DNA of 64,000 nucleotides from an uncultured Gammaproteobacteria bacterium. GTDB taxonomy: Bacteria; Pseudomonadota; Gammaproteobacteria; UBA9214. A program made the translations under genes and the position numbers. Each line of letters opens with the position of its first letter. Position 1 is the stretch's first letter. The stretch spans positions 96,001 to 160,000 of the forward strand of contig CAVYZN010000011.1 in the NCBI GenBank assembly GCA_963773065.1. Direction: 5' to 3'. Below, piece after piece: positions 29,353 to 39,660 of this stretch. The notes beneath the pieces were generated by a model. It made no database searches. It saw only the letters and a list, made by a program, of their open reading frames with translations, and was not told the origin of the DNA.

Positions 29353-30783
29353 CTAACCCTTGACGCAGATGACCGGCCTGAGCTTGGCGACCTTGCGCGC
29401 CAGACCGGCCGCGGCCGCGGCATCGACCACGGCATTTACGTCCTTGTAGGCGCCCGGTGCTTCCTCGGCCACGCCGCGTGATGACGGGCTGCGAATCAGG
29501 ATGCCCTCCTCGCGCAGGGCATCGATGACCTGCCGGCCCATCCAGGTCTTGTAGGCGCTGCGCCGGCTCATGGCGCGTCCCGCGCCGTGGCAGGCCGAGG
29601 AAAATGCGCTCGTTTCGGATTCGCGATTTCCGGCGAGGATATGCGAGGCCGTTCCCATGGAGCCGCCGATCAGCACCGGCTGGCCGGTGCCGCGGAATTC
29701 ACCGGGCAGATCCGGGTGCCCGGGACCGAATGCGCGCGTTGCGCCCTTGCGGTGTACATACAGCCGGCGCGGCTTGCCGTCGATGACGTGTTCTTCCACC
29801 TTGCAGGTGTTGTGTGATACGTCATAGAGCAGGTCCAGGGTTGTGCCGGGAATGACGCGCGCGAACACTTCGCGGGCCAGGTGGGTGATGATCTGCCGGT
29901 TGGCCAGTGCGCAGTTGATCCCCGCGCGCATGGCGCCCAGATAGTTCTGGCCGATGGTCGATTGGATCGGCGCGCAGGCCAGTTCACGGTCGGGCAGGGT
30001 GAGGCCGTGCTCATGGGCGGTGATCACCATCGACTTCAGGAATTCCGTACCGATCTGGTGGCCGAGGCCGCGTGAACCGCAATGGATGCTGAGCACGATA
30101 TCGCCCCGGCTGATTCCAAAGGCGGTGGCCGTGTCGGGATCGGAGATCTCGCTGACCTCCTGCACCTCGAGGTAATGGTTGCCGGAGCCGAGCGTGCCCA
30201 TTTCACTGCGCTGACGCTTGCGGGCTCGTTCCGATACCGCCTCCGGCTGCGCGCCTGACATGCAGCCCTGTTCCTCGATGCGCTGCAGGTCTTCGCGGTA
30301 ACCCCAGCCGCAGTTCACCGCCCAGCGGGCGCCGCCCGCGAGCATGGCGTCCAACCCAGCCTCGTCGAGGTGGATGCGGCCGGTGCTGCCGAGGCCGACC
30401 GGGATGCTGCCATAAAGTGCATCGGCCAGGCGCTCCTTGACCGGTTCGATATCGGCGCGTTGCAGTCCGGTGTGCAGGGTGCGGACGCCGCAGGAGATGT
30501 CGAAGCCGACGCCGCCTGCGGAAACCACGCCGCCCTGGTCGGCGTCGAATGCGGCGACCCCACCGATGGGAAAACCATAACCCCAGTGAGCATCGGGCAT
30601 GGCATACGATGCCTTGACGATGCCGGGCAGGGAGGCGACGTTGGTGACCTGTTCGAGCACCTTGTCATCCATGGCGCGAATCAGTTCCACGCTGGCGAAA
30701 ATGATGCCGGGGACCCGCATGGCGTCGCGTGGTTCGAGGCGCCACTCAAATTCAGTGACCCGGGTCAATCGTGAAGTGTCCAT
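29353..30783 (-). CDS. rtcB: RtcB RNA-splicing/repair ligase (archaeal-like long form)
   Basis: MPDAHWGYGFPIGGV, GVGFDISCG, GTLGSGNHYLE, HCGSRGLGH, SHN, HRKGAT, HGAGR, EEAPGAYK. Confidence 0.95.
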   Translation of the reverse strand: MDTSRLTRVTEFEWRLEPRDAMRVPGIIFASVELIRAMDDKVLEQVTNVASLPGIVKASYAMPDAHWGYGFPIGGVAAFDADQGGVVSAGGVGFDISCGVRTLHTGLQRADIEPVKERLADALYGSIPVGLGSTGRIHLDEAGLDAMLAGGARWAVNCGWGYREDLQRIEEQGCMSGAQPEAVSERARKRQRSEMGTLGSGNHYLEVQEVSEISDPDTATAFGISRGDIVLSIHCGSRGLGHQIGTEFLKSMVITAHEHGLTLPDRELACAPIQSTIGQNYLGAMRAGINCALANRQIITHLAREVFARVIPGTTLDLLYDVSHNTCKVEEHVIDGKPRRLYVHRKGATRAFGPGHPDLPGEFRGTGQPVLIGGSMGTASHILAGNRESETSAFSSACHGAGRAMSRRSAYKTWMGRQVIDALREEGILIRSPSSRGVAEEAPGAYKDVNAVVDAAAAAGLARKVAKLRPVICVKG

Positions 30784-30860
30784 GGCCATGTCCTGCGTGT
30801 GGGTGCGTGCGAGGACGCCTCATACTGACAAGTCTAGTGGCCCTCCCTAAAGAAATAAAC

Positions 30861-30992
30861 TCACCGCAAAGGCGCCCGACTGCAGGGATGCAGGAGGTAG
30901 GGCAACGCAGGGAGCGGTTGCCGAAAGAACGCAAAGCTGTTTAATTGTTTTTTTGAAAGAATTCCTTTGCGAACTTGGCGTCTTTGCGGTGA
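30861..30992. repeat. Palindromic repeat family 'caccgcaaag' with a 48-bp nested insert
   Basis: tcaccgcaaaggcgc...gcgtctttgcggtga; related copies at about 38809-38952 and 59625-59756. Confidence 0.7.
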
Positions 30993-31019
30993 AAATGGCG
31001 TTGATGGATGGACACTGGC

Positions 31020-31430
31020 CTAGACATCCACGACACATTGGGCATGCCACACGCCCGGGGGATCCTCGAATAACGCCAGCGCCGTATAGGTGGCTCCCTT
31101 GACCTCCGTGGCCGGCTGGTGGCGCGCTCTGTCGATGGTTTCCCCGCAGGCGGTTCCGTGCAGTCGCGGACCGTCGAACTCGACCTTGAAGCGGCGGAAC
31201 AGCATGCGGCGGGTCGCCATTTCATAGATCAGCGCATTGAGCCAGTCGACCAGGAGGAGTTCCCGGTCGGGCGCCTCGCAATCCACCGCCACGGTTTCCC
31301 GGCAGGTCACGCTCTGCGGGTCGGTAATGACGGCCGTCATTGCCACGGCCGCTTCCTGAAAGGCCTGCTCCGGGCTGTCACCGATGCCGTGTATGCCGAT
31401 GTCGGCCTCGTGAGGGAAGTGCCGCCACAT
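31020..31430 (-). CDS. Archease
   Basis: HEADIG, LLVDWLNALIY, EVKGATY, C-terminal VVDV; upstream of rtcB. Confidence 0.92.
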   Translation of the reverse strand: MWRHFPHEADIGIHGIGDSPEQAFQEAAVAMTAVITDPQSVTCRETVAVDCEAPDRELLLVDWLNALIYEMATRRMLFRRFKVEFDGPRLHGTACGETIDRARHQPATEVKGATYTALALFEDPPGVWHAQCVVDV

Positions 31431-31473
31431 GGACGTCGCCGCCGTTTGGCGACGGCGGCGCTACAGTACGGTC

Positions 31474-31848
31474 TTACGGCGCCTGTTGAGGTACGGGTCT
31501 TGCCGTCGGGTGGTTCTTTATCTTGCCTCGCCGGCGCGCCTCGTAGTCCTCCAGCTTGCGCCGCGCGCTGTTGAAGGCATCCCGGATCGCCACATAGACA
31601 TCTTCATGGGCATGATTGTCCTCTGGAGTACGGCTGACCACGATCTCGGCATCCGGTACGGCGATATCGACCGCGACGTGGTAGATGTTACCCTTGTGAT
31701 GATGTTTGTGAGGTGCTTCCACGGTGACGCGGCAACTGGTGATCTTGTCACAGAAACGCTCCAGCTTGGTTGCCCTTTCACGGATATTGGTCTCCACGGC
31801 GGCTGAAGGTTCCATATTATGAAATACGATCTGTAAAGGTATCTGCAT
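31474..31848 (-). CDS. HPF/RaiA-family ribosome-associated protein
   Basis: MQIPLQIVFHNMEPSAAVE...ITSCRVTVE.PHKHHHKG...HEDVYVAIRDAF..ARRKL. Confidence 0.85.
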   Translation of the reverse strand: MQIPLQIVFHNMEPSAAVETNIRERATKLERFCDKITSCRVTVEAPHKHHHKGNIYHVAVDIAVPDAEIVVSRTPEDNHAHEDVYVAIRDAFNSARRKLEDYEARRRGKIKNHPTARPVPQQAP

Positions 31849-31904
31849 ATTATTTTCCTCTATTATGATCACTCTTCATTGTGCCGGGCAGTGGCCGGAA
31901 TGCA

Positions 31905-31918
31905 ATGATCCCGGTCAA
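31905..31918. promoter_or_regulatory. FNR-like box upstream of the HPF gene
   Basis: TTGAC-cggg-ATCAT on the minus strand (2 mismatches to consensus). Confidence 0.5.
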
Positions 31919-32039
31919 GTTTCACCCCTACCGGCACTCCAAGGCAGGTCGCCCGCGCCGTCGCCGGAACATCATGACAGCCGTGCTTACCTGTTTATAT
32001 TATGCACCTCGACGCGCACGCCGTCTTCAATGCGATCAT

Positions 32040-32175
32040 CGCGGTAACTGTCGCCAAGAAACCGCCACGCCTCCGGCGGCGTGACCAGATCGGCGATGAC
32101 CCAGACACGCTGTTCCTCCACTCCGAGTGCGGAAATCTTGGTGAAGCCCGCCGGTTCGACGGTGCGCACCACGCT
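32040..32175 (-). pseudogene. Relic of an efflux RND/ABC periplasmic adaptor (HlyD-like) gene
   Basis: [28 protein letters not shown]...LGDSYR fragment only. Confidence 0.6.
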
Positions 32176-32194
32176 TACCGATTAAGCGCGGCTG

Positions 32195-32716
32195 TTAATG
32201 GACGCTGATCCTGAAGCGCTTGGACGGTTTCAGTTTGGGCATGGTCATTTCCAGAACCCCGTCCTTGAAACTGGCCTTGGCCTTCTCCCCATCGACGTTC
32301 GCGGGCAGCGTGACCACCCGGGTGAAACTGCCCCTGGACATCTCGCGGCGCGTGTATTCACCGGCTTCCTTTTCCTGCTTCTCGCCCCGGGTCGTGCCCT
32401 TGATGGTCAGCCGGTCATCGCTCAGCGAAACTTCCAGGTCCTCCTTGTCAACTCCCGGAATTTCCGCGCGCACCACGACTTCATCCTCACGGTCGATGAC
32501 ATCCACACTGGGTACGCGGATTTCCATGGACTTGGCCATCTCGCTCCAGAGCGGACTCTCCAAGCCGAATGGCCGCAGCCAACTGGGTCCGAAGAACCGC
32601 TCGAACAGGCGCTCCATATCCTCGAGCGGATTCAATGCCCGGGTTGGTCTGGCCGCGGTGAGTTCGCCTTTCCTGGTGGTAACTTCAATATCCTGTTTGG
32701 ATTCTTTCTTGGCCAT
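32195..32716 (-). CDS. Hsp20/alpha-crystallin small heat shock protein
   Basis: PSVDV, AEIPGVDKEDLEV, GSFTRVVTLP..VD, A.FKDGVLE...PK. Confidence 0.93.
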   Translation of the reverse strand: MAKKESKQDIEVTTRKGELTAARPTRALNPLEDMERLFERFFGPSWLRPFGLESPLWSEMAKSMEIRVPSVDVIDREDEVVVRAEIPGVDKEDLEVSLSDDRLTIKGTTRGEKQEKEAGEYTRREMSRGSFTRVVTLPANVDGEKAKASFKDGVLEMTMPKLKPSKRFRISVH

Positions 32717-32796
32717 CGGTAATCTCCTTGATGTAAAAGATGCCGCCTGCACAGGCTATGACGTGAAGAAGTATAGTAGAAGTTGCCGCGTTCTCA

Positions 32797-32810
32797 TTGA
32801 TGACAATCAA
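32797..32810. promoter_or_regulatory. FNR/Anr/FixK box upstream of hsp20
   Basis: Perfect TTGAT-gaca-ATCAA. Confidence 0.75.
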
Positions 32811-32974
32811 TACCCACAGTAATTTACCCCGGCGATATCAGCCCGGTGGCAGACGCTATCCCGGATCGCACCGCCGGCTGCGCAGCGTGTGGCGTTTGCT
32901 CACGGCCGGACGGCGAGGCGTGACGCCGCCACTCCAGCTTGGCCGCACCGGCTGCAACCGCCGTCATTTACGCG

Positions 32975-34284
32975 TTATGGGATCTTGCTGTCGATGGTGA
33001 TGGCGACGGTTTCGGAACCGCCGACGCTGACCGGGGATTTCGAACCCTCCAGGTCGCCGCTCTGCGGCATGGCGTTGCCGGAGGGGGAGACGCGGGCGCC
33101 GACCGTGACCTGCCCGAATTTCGACAGCGTCATGGCGGGTGACATGGCGAGCGAGTCATCCAGCGTGACCGTCACCGGCAAGTCTTTGACTTGCTTGCGC
33201 ACGATGGCGAGCGGCATGCGCGGGCCCTGGACGGCGCGCGCGAAGATGAACACGGTGTCCTCGGCACGGGCGTTCGCGGCCAGAGCAGGTGCCAGTGACA
33301 CCGTCACCTGGATCGCGCTGCCGGCGGCCGGTGTGCCGCTGGCGGTCGTCGAGGCGCTGCGGTCGGTGCCGTCGCGGCCGGTGCCGCAGCCGCAGCCGCG
33401 GGTTCCATGCCAAGGCGCTGCCGCACTTGGTTGATCTGCTGGGCGATGACCGCGGTGTCCTCGCTGCCCGCGGGGAGCAGGGCGGCGGCGCGCTGCCAGT
33501 AATCCAGCGCCTCGGTAGAGGAACCCTGCTGGTTTTTCCAGTGACCCATCAGCCACAGGGCCTTGACATTGTCGGGCTGGCCCTCGACGGCCCGTTGCAG
33601 CAGTTCACCCGCCTCATCGTTGAAGCGGCCGCCGTTGGCCATCACCAGCACATCGGCATAATCGGCCAGCAGTTCGGGGTTGTCGCCGCCGAGGCGGCGG
33701 GCGTTGCCATACGCGACGAGGGCATCGGCGTAGCGATTAAGGGTTTCGTTGCTTCTTGCCAGCAGGATCCAGCCTTGCAGGTCGTCGGGTTTCTCCTTCA
33801 GTCGCGCAGCCAGCACGTTGACCATTTCCTCCAGTGATTGCTTACCCATCTCATGTTGGGCCGGCGAGCTGGCGGCGGCGGTGGCGGTGGCGGTATTGCG
33901 CTGCTCCAGCAGCGGGATGATTTCCTTCGACCCGAGATGCTGATACAGCCCCACCGCCAGCAAGGGGATTGCCGCCACCAGCAGCAGTACCGCCCATTGG
34001 CCGCTACGGGCCGGTTTTAGCGTGGATCCCGAACCGGCAGGCGCGAGATCATCGAGCAGCTCGCATTCCAGGTCCCGGCGGGCGGCGGCGTACTGGTTCT
34101 CATCCAGCCGTCCGGTTTTGAGATCGGTTTCCAGTTCGGCGATCTGCGCCCTGATGACCTCGGTATTGAGCGTATCCTGATCCGGCTGCGACTTTGCGGA
34201 GCGCGACGCGCGCAGCATCCAGGGCACCGTAAACAACAGCGCGACGATGATCATGATGGCCGCCAATCCCCAGAAGACGCTCAT
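32975..34284 (-). CDS. ccmI: Cytochrome c biogenesis protein CcmI/CycH (frameshift near 33370)
   Basis: N-terminal TM, YQHLGS, TPR region (GWILLARS, ALWLMG), C-terminal VFIFARA..GPRMPLA..LPVTVTLDDSLAM. Confidence 0.88.
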
Positions 34285-34885
34285 TTCTGCTCGCCCTTCT
34301 CGGCCGCGGCGCCGAGGATTCCATCCAGGCGCTTGCGGTCTTCCGCGGAGATCGCCGGTTCCTGGACCTGCCGCTGCCGCCCCACCGCGCGCACCAGCAG
34401 CAGAGCGGCGATCGTCAGCAGCACGAACGGGCCATACCAGATGAGATACGTGGACGGTTTCACGGGAGGATTGTAAAGCACGAAGTCGCCATAGCGTTTG
34501 ACGAGAAAGTCGATGACCTCCTGGTCGCTCTTGCCGCTTTTCATTATCTCGTAGACCTCCGCGCGCAGGTCGTGGGCCAGATCGGCATCCGATTCGGCCA
34601 GGGTCTCGTTCTGGCATACCAGGCAGCGCAACTGGCCGATGAGATCCTTGAAGTGCTGCTCCTGCGCCTTGGTGGGGAAGGTGAAGGACTCGAGCGTTAC
34701 CGCGGCCGGCAGCGGGGCCGGCTATGACCAGCAAGAACAGCAGTATCGAAATAAGGAGGCTCTGAGTAAGCTGTCATTCCCGCGAAAGCGGGAATCTTGT
34801 CTGTCCAGGATCAGTGGGTTACTGGATCCCCGCTTTCGCGGGGATGACGTATTCAGAGTTTCCATACATTGTTCATCGGGTTCAT
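34281..34885 (-). CDS. ccmH: Cytochrome c biogenesis protein CcmH/CycL; 5' end interrupted by a palindromic element, plus an indel near 34705
   Basis: LRCLVCQNE, RYGDFVLYNPP. Removing 34755-34863 restores MNPMNNVFISILLFLLVIAG from an ATG overlapping the ccmG stop. Confidence 0.8.
34755..34863. mobile_element. 109-bp palindromic MITE/REP-like element
   Basis: Terminal IRs ggaggctctgagta / tattcagagtttcc enclose gtcattcccgcgaaagcgggaatc...ggatccccgctttcgcggggatgac. Confidence 0.75.
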
Positions 34886-35415
34886 GACTTCAATCTGGCG
34901 ACGATGGGCAGGATTTCCTCTTTAAGGATCTCGATGGTGATGGGGCCGACATGCTTGTGGCGGATGATGCCCTCCCGATCGATGATGAAGGTCTCCGGCG
35001 TCCCGTAGACCCCCCAGTCGATGCCCACGCGCCCGTCGCTGTCGAAGGCATTGGCGATGTAGGGATTGCCAAGCTGGGTAAGCCAGCGCTGGGCATCCGC
35101 GCGGTTGTCCTTGTAGTTCAGTCCGTAGATGTCGACCTGCCCTGTCCGCGCGAGCTGCACCAGCACCTCGTGTTCCCCTCGGCAGGACACGCACCAGGTC
35201 GCCCACACGTTCAGCAGGGAGACCTTCCCCTTGAAGTCGGCGTCGCTGATGGTGGCGGTAGGATCATCCAGGCGCGTGAGGGAGAACGCCGGGATGGGCT
35301 TGCCGACCAGCGGCGAGGGCACAATTTTCGGATCCAGGCTCAGGCCGCGAAAGAGTAGAGCGACCAGCAGCGCGAAGATCGCGAGCGGCACCAGGTAGCG
35401 CAGATAGCGTGCCAT
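34882..35415 (-). CDS. ccmG: Thiol:disulfide interchange protein CcmG/DsbE
   Basis: NVWATWCVSC, GLNYKD, GVYGTPETF. Confidence 0.95.
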   Translation of the reverse strand: MARYLRYLVPLAIFALLVALLFRGLSLDPKIVPSPLVGKPIPAFSLTRLDDPTATISDADFKGKVSLLNVWATWCVSCRGEHEVLVQLARTGQVDIYGLNYKDNRADAQRWLTQLGNPYIANAFDSDGRVGIDWGVYGTPETFIIDREGIIRHKHVGPITIEILKEEILPIVARLKS

Positions 35416-37422
35416 CAGGGGCTTCCGTTCGCGATCAGGCCGTCATTGCCGAGCGCGGCGGATGCCGGCACTTCATCACGCACCGCGATGCGGTAACGCC
35501 GGTCGCTCGCCGCGAGCAGTACCCCCGATGGCGATCAGCAGGCCGCCGAACCAGATCCAGCGTATGAAGGGCTTGTAGTACAGGCGCAGACTCCAGTCGC
35601 CATTGTCTAGCCCCTCGCCCAGCGAGACATAGATATCGCGGGTAAATCCCACATCGATCCCGGATTCGGTCATCGGCTTGGTCTGCACCGTGTAGACGCG
35701 TTTCTCCGGGTGCAGCAGGGCGACTTCGCGCTCGCCCCTCAAGACATGCACGGTGCCGCGATCGGCGCGGTAATTCGGGCCCTGGCGGGCCTGCACGCCG
35801 TCGAAGCGCAGGGTGTAACCGGCCAGGTCGGTGCTTTCGCCCGGCGACAGGCGGATGTCCTTCTCGACGTTATACTGCATCACGAAGGTCACGCCGATGA
35901 TGAAGACCGCCACACCGAAATGCGCCACCACCATGCCGTAATAACTGCCGCTGCCTTTCGTCCCCAGGTCTTGCCACAGCCCGGCCAGACCCTTGCGGTA
36001 GCGCAGCCGCTGGCGCAGGCTGAGCAACAGCGAACAGACGATCCACAGCGAGAGCGTCACCGCCAATCCAGCCCAGACCGAACCTTGGTGCAACAGCGGC
36101 AACGCGGTGAGGACGCCGCCGCCGAGGCTGACGAGCAGCGCGACGCGTAACTGCCGGGCAAGGTCGACCGGATCCTGGTGCTTCCAGCGCGACAGCGGCC
36201 CCATTCCCATGAGCACGACCAGGAAGGGGGTGAAGATCACGAACATGCGGTTGAACCAGGGAAATCCCACGGAGATCTTGCCCCAGCCGAGCGCGTCGTA
36301 GATCAGCGGGGCAAGCGTGCCCAGCAGCACGAAGGCCGTGATGATCACCAGCAGCAGGTTGTTTCCGAGCAGCAGCGTCTCGCGCGAGAACGCGTCGAAT
36401 CTGCCTCCCGAGGAGACGCTCGGCGCCCGCACGGCGTAGAGGCTCAGGGAACCCCCGATGACGATGCACAGGAAAATCAGGATAAAGAGTCCGCGGGCCG
36501 GATCCGAGGCGAAGGCATGCACGGAGGTGAGCACGCCGGAGCGCACCAGGAAGGTACCGAGCAGGCTGAGCGAGAAAGCCAGCAGCGCGAGCAGCACCGT
36601 CCAGCGCTTGAACGCGCCGCGTTTCTCGGTCACTGCCAAGGAATGAATCAGCGCCGTGGCCGCCAACCAGGGCATGAACGAGGCGTTTTCAACCGGATCC
36701 CAGAACCACCAGCCGCCCCAGCCGAGTTCGTTGTAGGCCCACCAGCTCCCGAGCGAGATGCCGATGGTGAGGAACATCCACGCCACCGTGGTCCACGGCC
36801 GCGACCAGCGTGCCCAGGACGCATCCAGTCTGCCGCCGATGAGGGCGGCTATGGCGAAGCTGAAGGCGACCGACATGCCGACATAGCCCATGTAGAGCAT
36901 GGGAGGATGGATCGCCAGTCCCGGATCCTGCAACAGGGGGTTCAGGTCGCCGCCTTCCAGGGGAACCGGGAAGACCCGCGCGAACGGGTTGGAGGTGAAC
37001 AGCAGGAAGGAGAGAAAGCCGATGCTCACCAGCCCCATGACGGAGAGCACGCGCGCCAGCACCACGGCGGGCAGGTGGCGGGCCAGCAGCGAGACGGCGA
37101 CCGTCCAGGAACTGAGGATGAGGACCCAGAGCAGCAGCGAGCCCTCGTGCGCGCCCCAGACGGCGGACACCTTGTAGACGGGGGGGAGCAGGGTGTTGCC
37201 GTTCTGGGCGACGTAGACCACCGAGAAATCGTCGTTCAGGAAGGAGCTGACCAGGCAGGCGAAGGCGATGGCAATAAAGAAAAACTGTCCCCAGGCGGCC
37301 GGGCGCGCCAGCGCGACCCAGCTCGGGGTGTTGTTGAGGCTGCCGATCATGGGAAAGATCGAGAGCACCAGCGCCAGGGAGAGGGCCAGGATCAGGGCGA
37401 GATGACCGAGTTCTGGAATCAT
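35415..37422 (-). CDS. ccmF: Heme lyase CcmF (frameshift near 35520)
   Basis: HEGSLLLW, LNPLLQDP, HPPMLYMGYV, WAYNELGWGGWWFWDPVENASFMPW, SVHAFA. Confidence 0.95.
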
Positions 37423-37886
37423 GGTTTTGTACCTCCGGTTGCGGCGCCTTCAGCGCCGTTCTTGTGAGCAGTCTTTAGCGCATCCGCCACTTCCGGCGGC
37501 ATGTATTTCTCATCGTGCTTGGCGAGCACTTCCTCGGCAATGAACAGGTTGCCGTCCTGCAGCCGTCCCCGCGCCACGATGCCCTGTCCCTCGCGGAACA
37601 GATCGGGCAGGATGCCGGTGTATTGCACCTTGATGGTCTCGGCATAGTCGGTGATATCGAAGGTCACGGTCAGACCGTCCTGCTGGCGCTTAAGGCTGCC
37701 GTCCGTGACCAGACCGCCGACGCGGATCAGGTGTCCGGCGGGCGCCTCGCCCCCGGCGACGGCGCTGGGGGTGTAGAAGAACATCAGGTTTTCGTTGAAG
37801 GCCTTGAGCGCGACGGCGATGGCGACGCCGACGCCGGCGACCATCATGGCGATCAGGATCAGGCGTTTCTTGCGTTTGGGTGTCAT
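37419..37886 (-). CDS. ccmE: Heme chaperone CcmE
   Basis: RVGGLV, LPDLFREGQG, LAKHDEKYMP. Confidence 0.96.
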   Translation of the reverse strand: MTPKRKKRLILIAMMVAGVGVAIAVALKAFNENLMFFYTPSAVAGGEAPAGHLIRVGGLVTDGSLKRQQDGLTVTFDITDYAETIKVQYTGILPDLFREGQGIVARGRLQDGNLFIAEEVLAKHDEKYMPPEVADALKTAHKNGAEGAATGGTKP

Positions 37887-38053
37887 GTGTTTCTCCTCGC
37901 GCGTCGTGCGCTGCGCGCGATATCAGCCAGCAGTTTCCTGCGCTGCCGGGCCGGCAGCAGGATATTGGCCAGCAGGACGATCAGGGCGATACCGTAGGAC
38001 GTCCACACGTAGAACGCGTATCCACCCATGTGAAAGAATTCATTCAGACTCAT
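37883..38053 (-). CDS. ccmD: Heme exporter protein CcmD
   Basis: MSLNEFFHMGGYAFYVWTSYG...; lies between ccmC and ccmE with ATGA overlaps. Confidence 0.9.
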   Translation of the reverse strand: MSLNEFFHMGGYAFYVWTSYGIALIVLLANILLPARQRRKLLADIARSARRARRNT

Positions 38054-38787
38054 TTTGACTCCGCGAGTTCTCTGACCCACTGGGTATTTCGTTCGCGCTC
38101 CAGGACTTCGCAGCGGGCGCGCATCAGGACCACCGTTGCATAATACAGCTTGAAGGCCACGGCCATCAGCAGCAGGGGGATCAGCATGCTGATATGGATG
38201 GATGGCGCGCCTAACTTGGTGACCGTGGCGCCCTGGTGCAGGGTGTTCCACCATTGCACCGAGTAGTGAATGATGGGAATGTTGACCACGCCCACGATGG
38301 TCAGGATGGCGGTGGCGCGCGCCGCCGTGCGCTTGTCCTCGACGGCGTTATAGAGCGCGATCACGCCGAGGTAGAGGAATAGCAGGATCAGCTCCGAGGT
38401 CAGGCGCGCATCCCATACCCACCAGGTCCCCCACATCGGCTTGCCCCAGAGCGAACCGGTGACCAGCGCGAGGAAGGTGAACGACGCCCCGATGGTCGCG
38501 CTGCTGATGGCAATCATCTCGGCCAGCTTGATGTGCCAGACCAGGCCGATGATGCCGGTGGCGGCCATCACCACGTAGACGAACATCGACATCCACGCGG
38601 CCGGCACATGGATGAACATGATGCGGTAGCTGTCGCCCTGCTGGTAATCCGGCGGCGCCTTCAGCAGGCCGTAGTACAGACCGGCCAGGATGAACAGCAG
38701 GCAGGATGCCGCCAGCCAGGGTATGAGACGGCCGGCGAAACTGTAGAAGTACTTCGGCGAGGCCATCTTGTGAAAGAACTGCATCAT
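38050..38787 (-). CDS. ccmC: Heme exporter protein CcmC
   Basis: HVPAAW, WGKPMWGTWWVWDARLTSEL, WWNTLHQ. Confidence 0.96.
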   Translation of the reverse strand: MMQFFHKMASPKYFYSFAGRLIPWLAASCLLFILAGLYYGLLKAPPDYQQGDSYRIMFIHVPAAWMSMFVYVVMAATGIIGLVWHIKLAEMIAISSATIGASFTFLALVTGSLWGKPMWGTWWVWDARLTSELILLFLYLGVIALYNAVEDKRTAARATAILTIVGVVNIPIIHYSVQWWNTLHQGATVTKLGAPSIHISMLIPLLLMAVAFKLYYATVVLMRARCEVLERERNTQWVRELAESK

Positions 38788-38808
38788 TAGGTTAGTACCG
38801 TAATTATT

Positions 38809-38952
38809 TCACCGCAAAGACGCAAAGCGCGCAAAGATAACCTTGGGTTGAGGCATACGAGGCACATCTACACTATGTAGATGAAAACTCGTAAGAATGG
38901 GTTTCGTTATTTTCAACTTCATTTACTTTGCGTCCTTCGCGCCTTTACGGTT
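38809..38952. repeat. Palindromic repeat family 'caccgcaaag' (copy without nested insert)
   Basis: tcaccgcaaagacgcaaagcgcgcaaag ... ctttgcgtccttcgcgcctttacggt. Confidence 0.6.
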
Positions 38953-38976
38953 ATGGATCGAAGCGTCCTACAGGTC

Positions 38977-39660
38977 TCAACTCAGGCTGATGCGCAGGGC
39001 CGCGGCCGTGGCCGGCGGCGAGAGACTCAGGGCCATGACCAGCAGCGCGCTGATGAACAGCAGGTGAGCGGAGACCGGCAATCCGGCCGCGGCGGTATCG
39101 ACCGCACTGGCGGCGAAGATCAGCAACGGGACATACAAGGGTAGCACGAGCAGGGACAGGATCATCCCCCCCCTGCGCAATCCCACGGTCAGGGCCACAC
39201 CCACGGAGCCAAGCAGGCTCAGGACCGGCGTGCCCAACAGCAGGGTGAACATCAGGATGCGGATGCCGTCCCCGGTCAGTCCGAGCAGGACGCCGAGCAG
39301 GGGAGATACCAGCAGCAGCGGCAGGCCGGTGATCAGCCAGTGGGCGAGTACCTTGGCCAGCACCAGGATCGACACCGGGTGGGAACTCAGCAGGAACTGC
39401 TCCAGGGTGCCGTCCTCGAAATCGGAACGGAAGATGCCGTCGAGCGACAGCAGGGCGGCGAGCAGGGCGGCCACCCAGATCACCCCCGGGCCGATGGCCT
39501 GCAGCAGATTGGGGTTGGCCCCGACCCCGAGCGGAAACAGGCTGGTAACCAGGATGAAAAACAGCAGCGGGTTGATCATCTCGGCGCGATGCCGCATGGC
39601 CAGCGTCAAGTCGCGTTTCAGCAGCAGGGCAAATGCGCGGGTGAGTGAGTCGGAAGTCAT
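38977..39660 (-). CDS. ccmB: Heme exporter protein CcmB
   Basis: LFPLGVG, DFEDGTLEQ, LLVLPLYVPLLIFA. Confidence 0.95.
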   Translation of the reverse strand: MTSDSLTRAFALLLKRDLTLAMRHRAEMINPLLFFILVTSLFPLGVGANPNLLQAIGPGVIWVAALLAALLSLDGIFRSDFEDGTLEQFLLSSHPVSILVLAKVLAHWLITGLPLLLVSPLLGVLLGLTGDGIRILMFTLLLGTPVLSLLGSVGVALTVGLRRGGMILSLLVLPLYVPLLIFAASAVDTAAAGLPVSAHLLFISALLVMALSLSPPATAAALRISLS

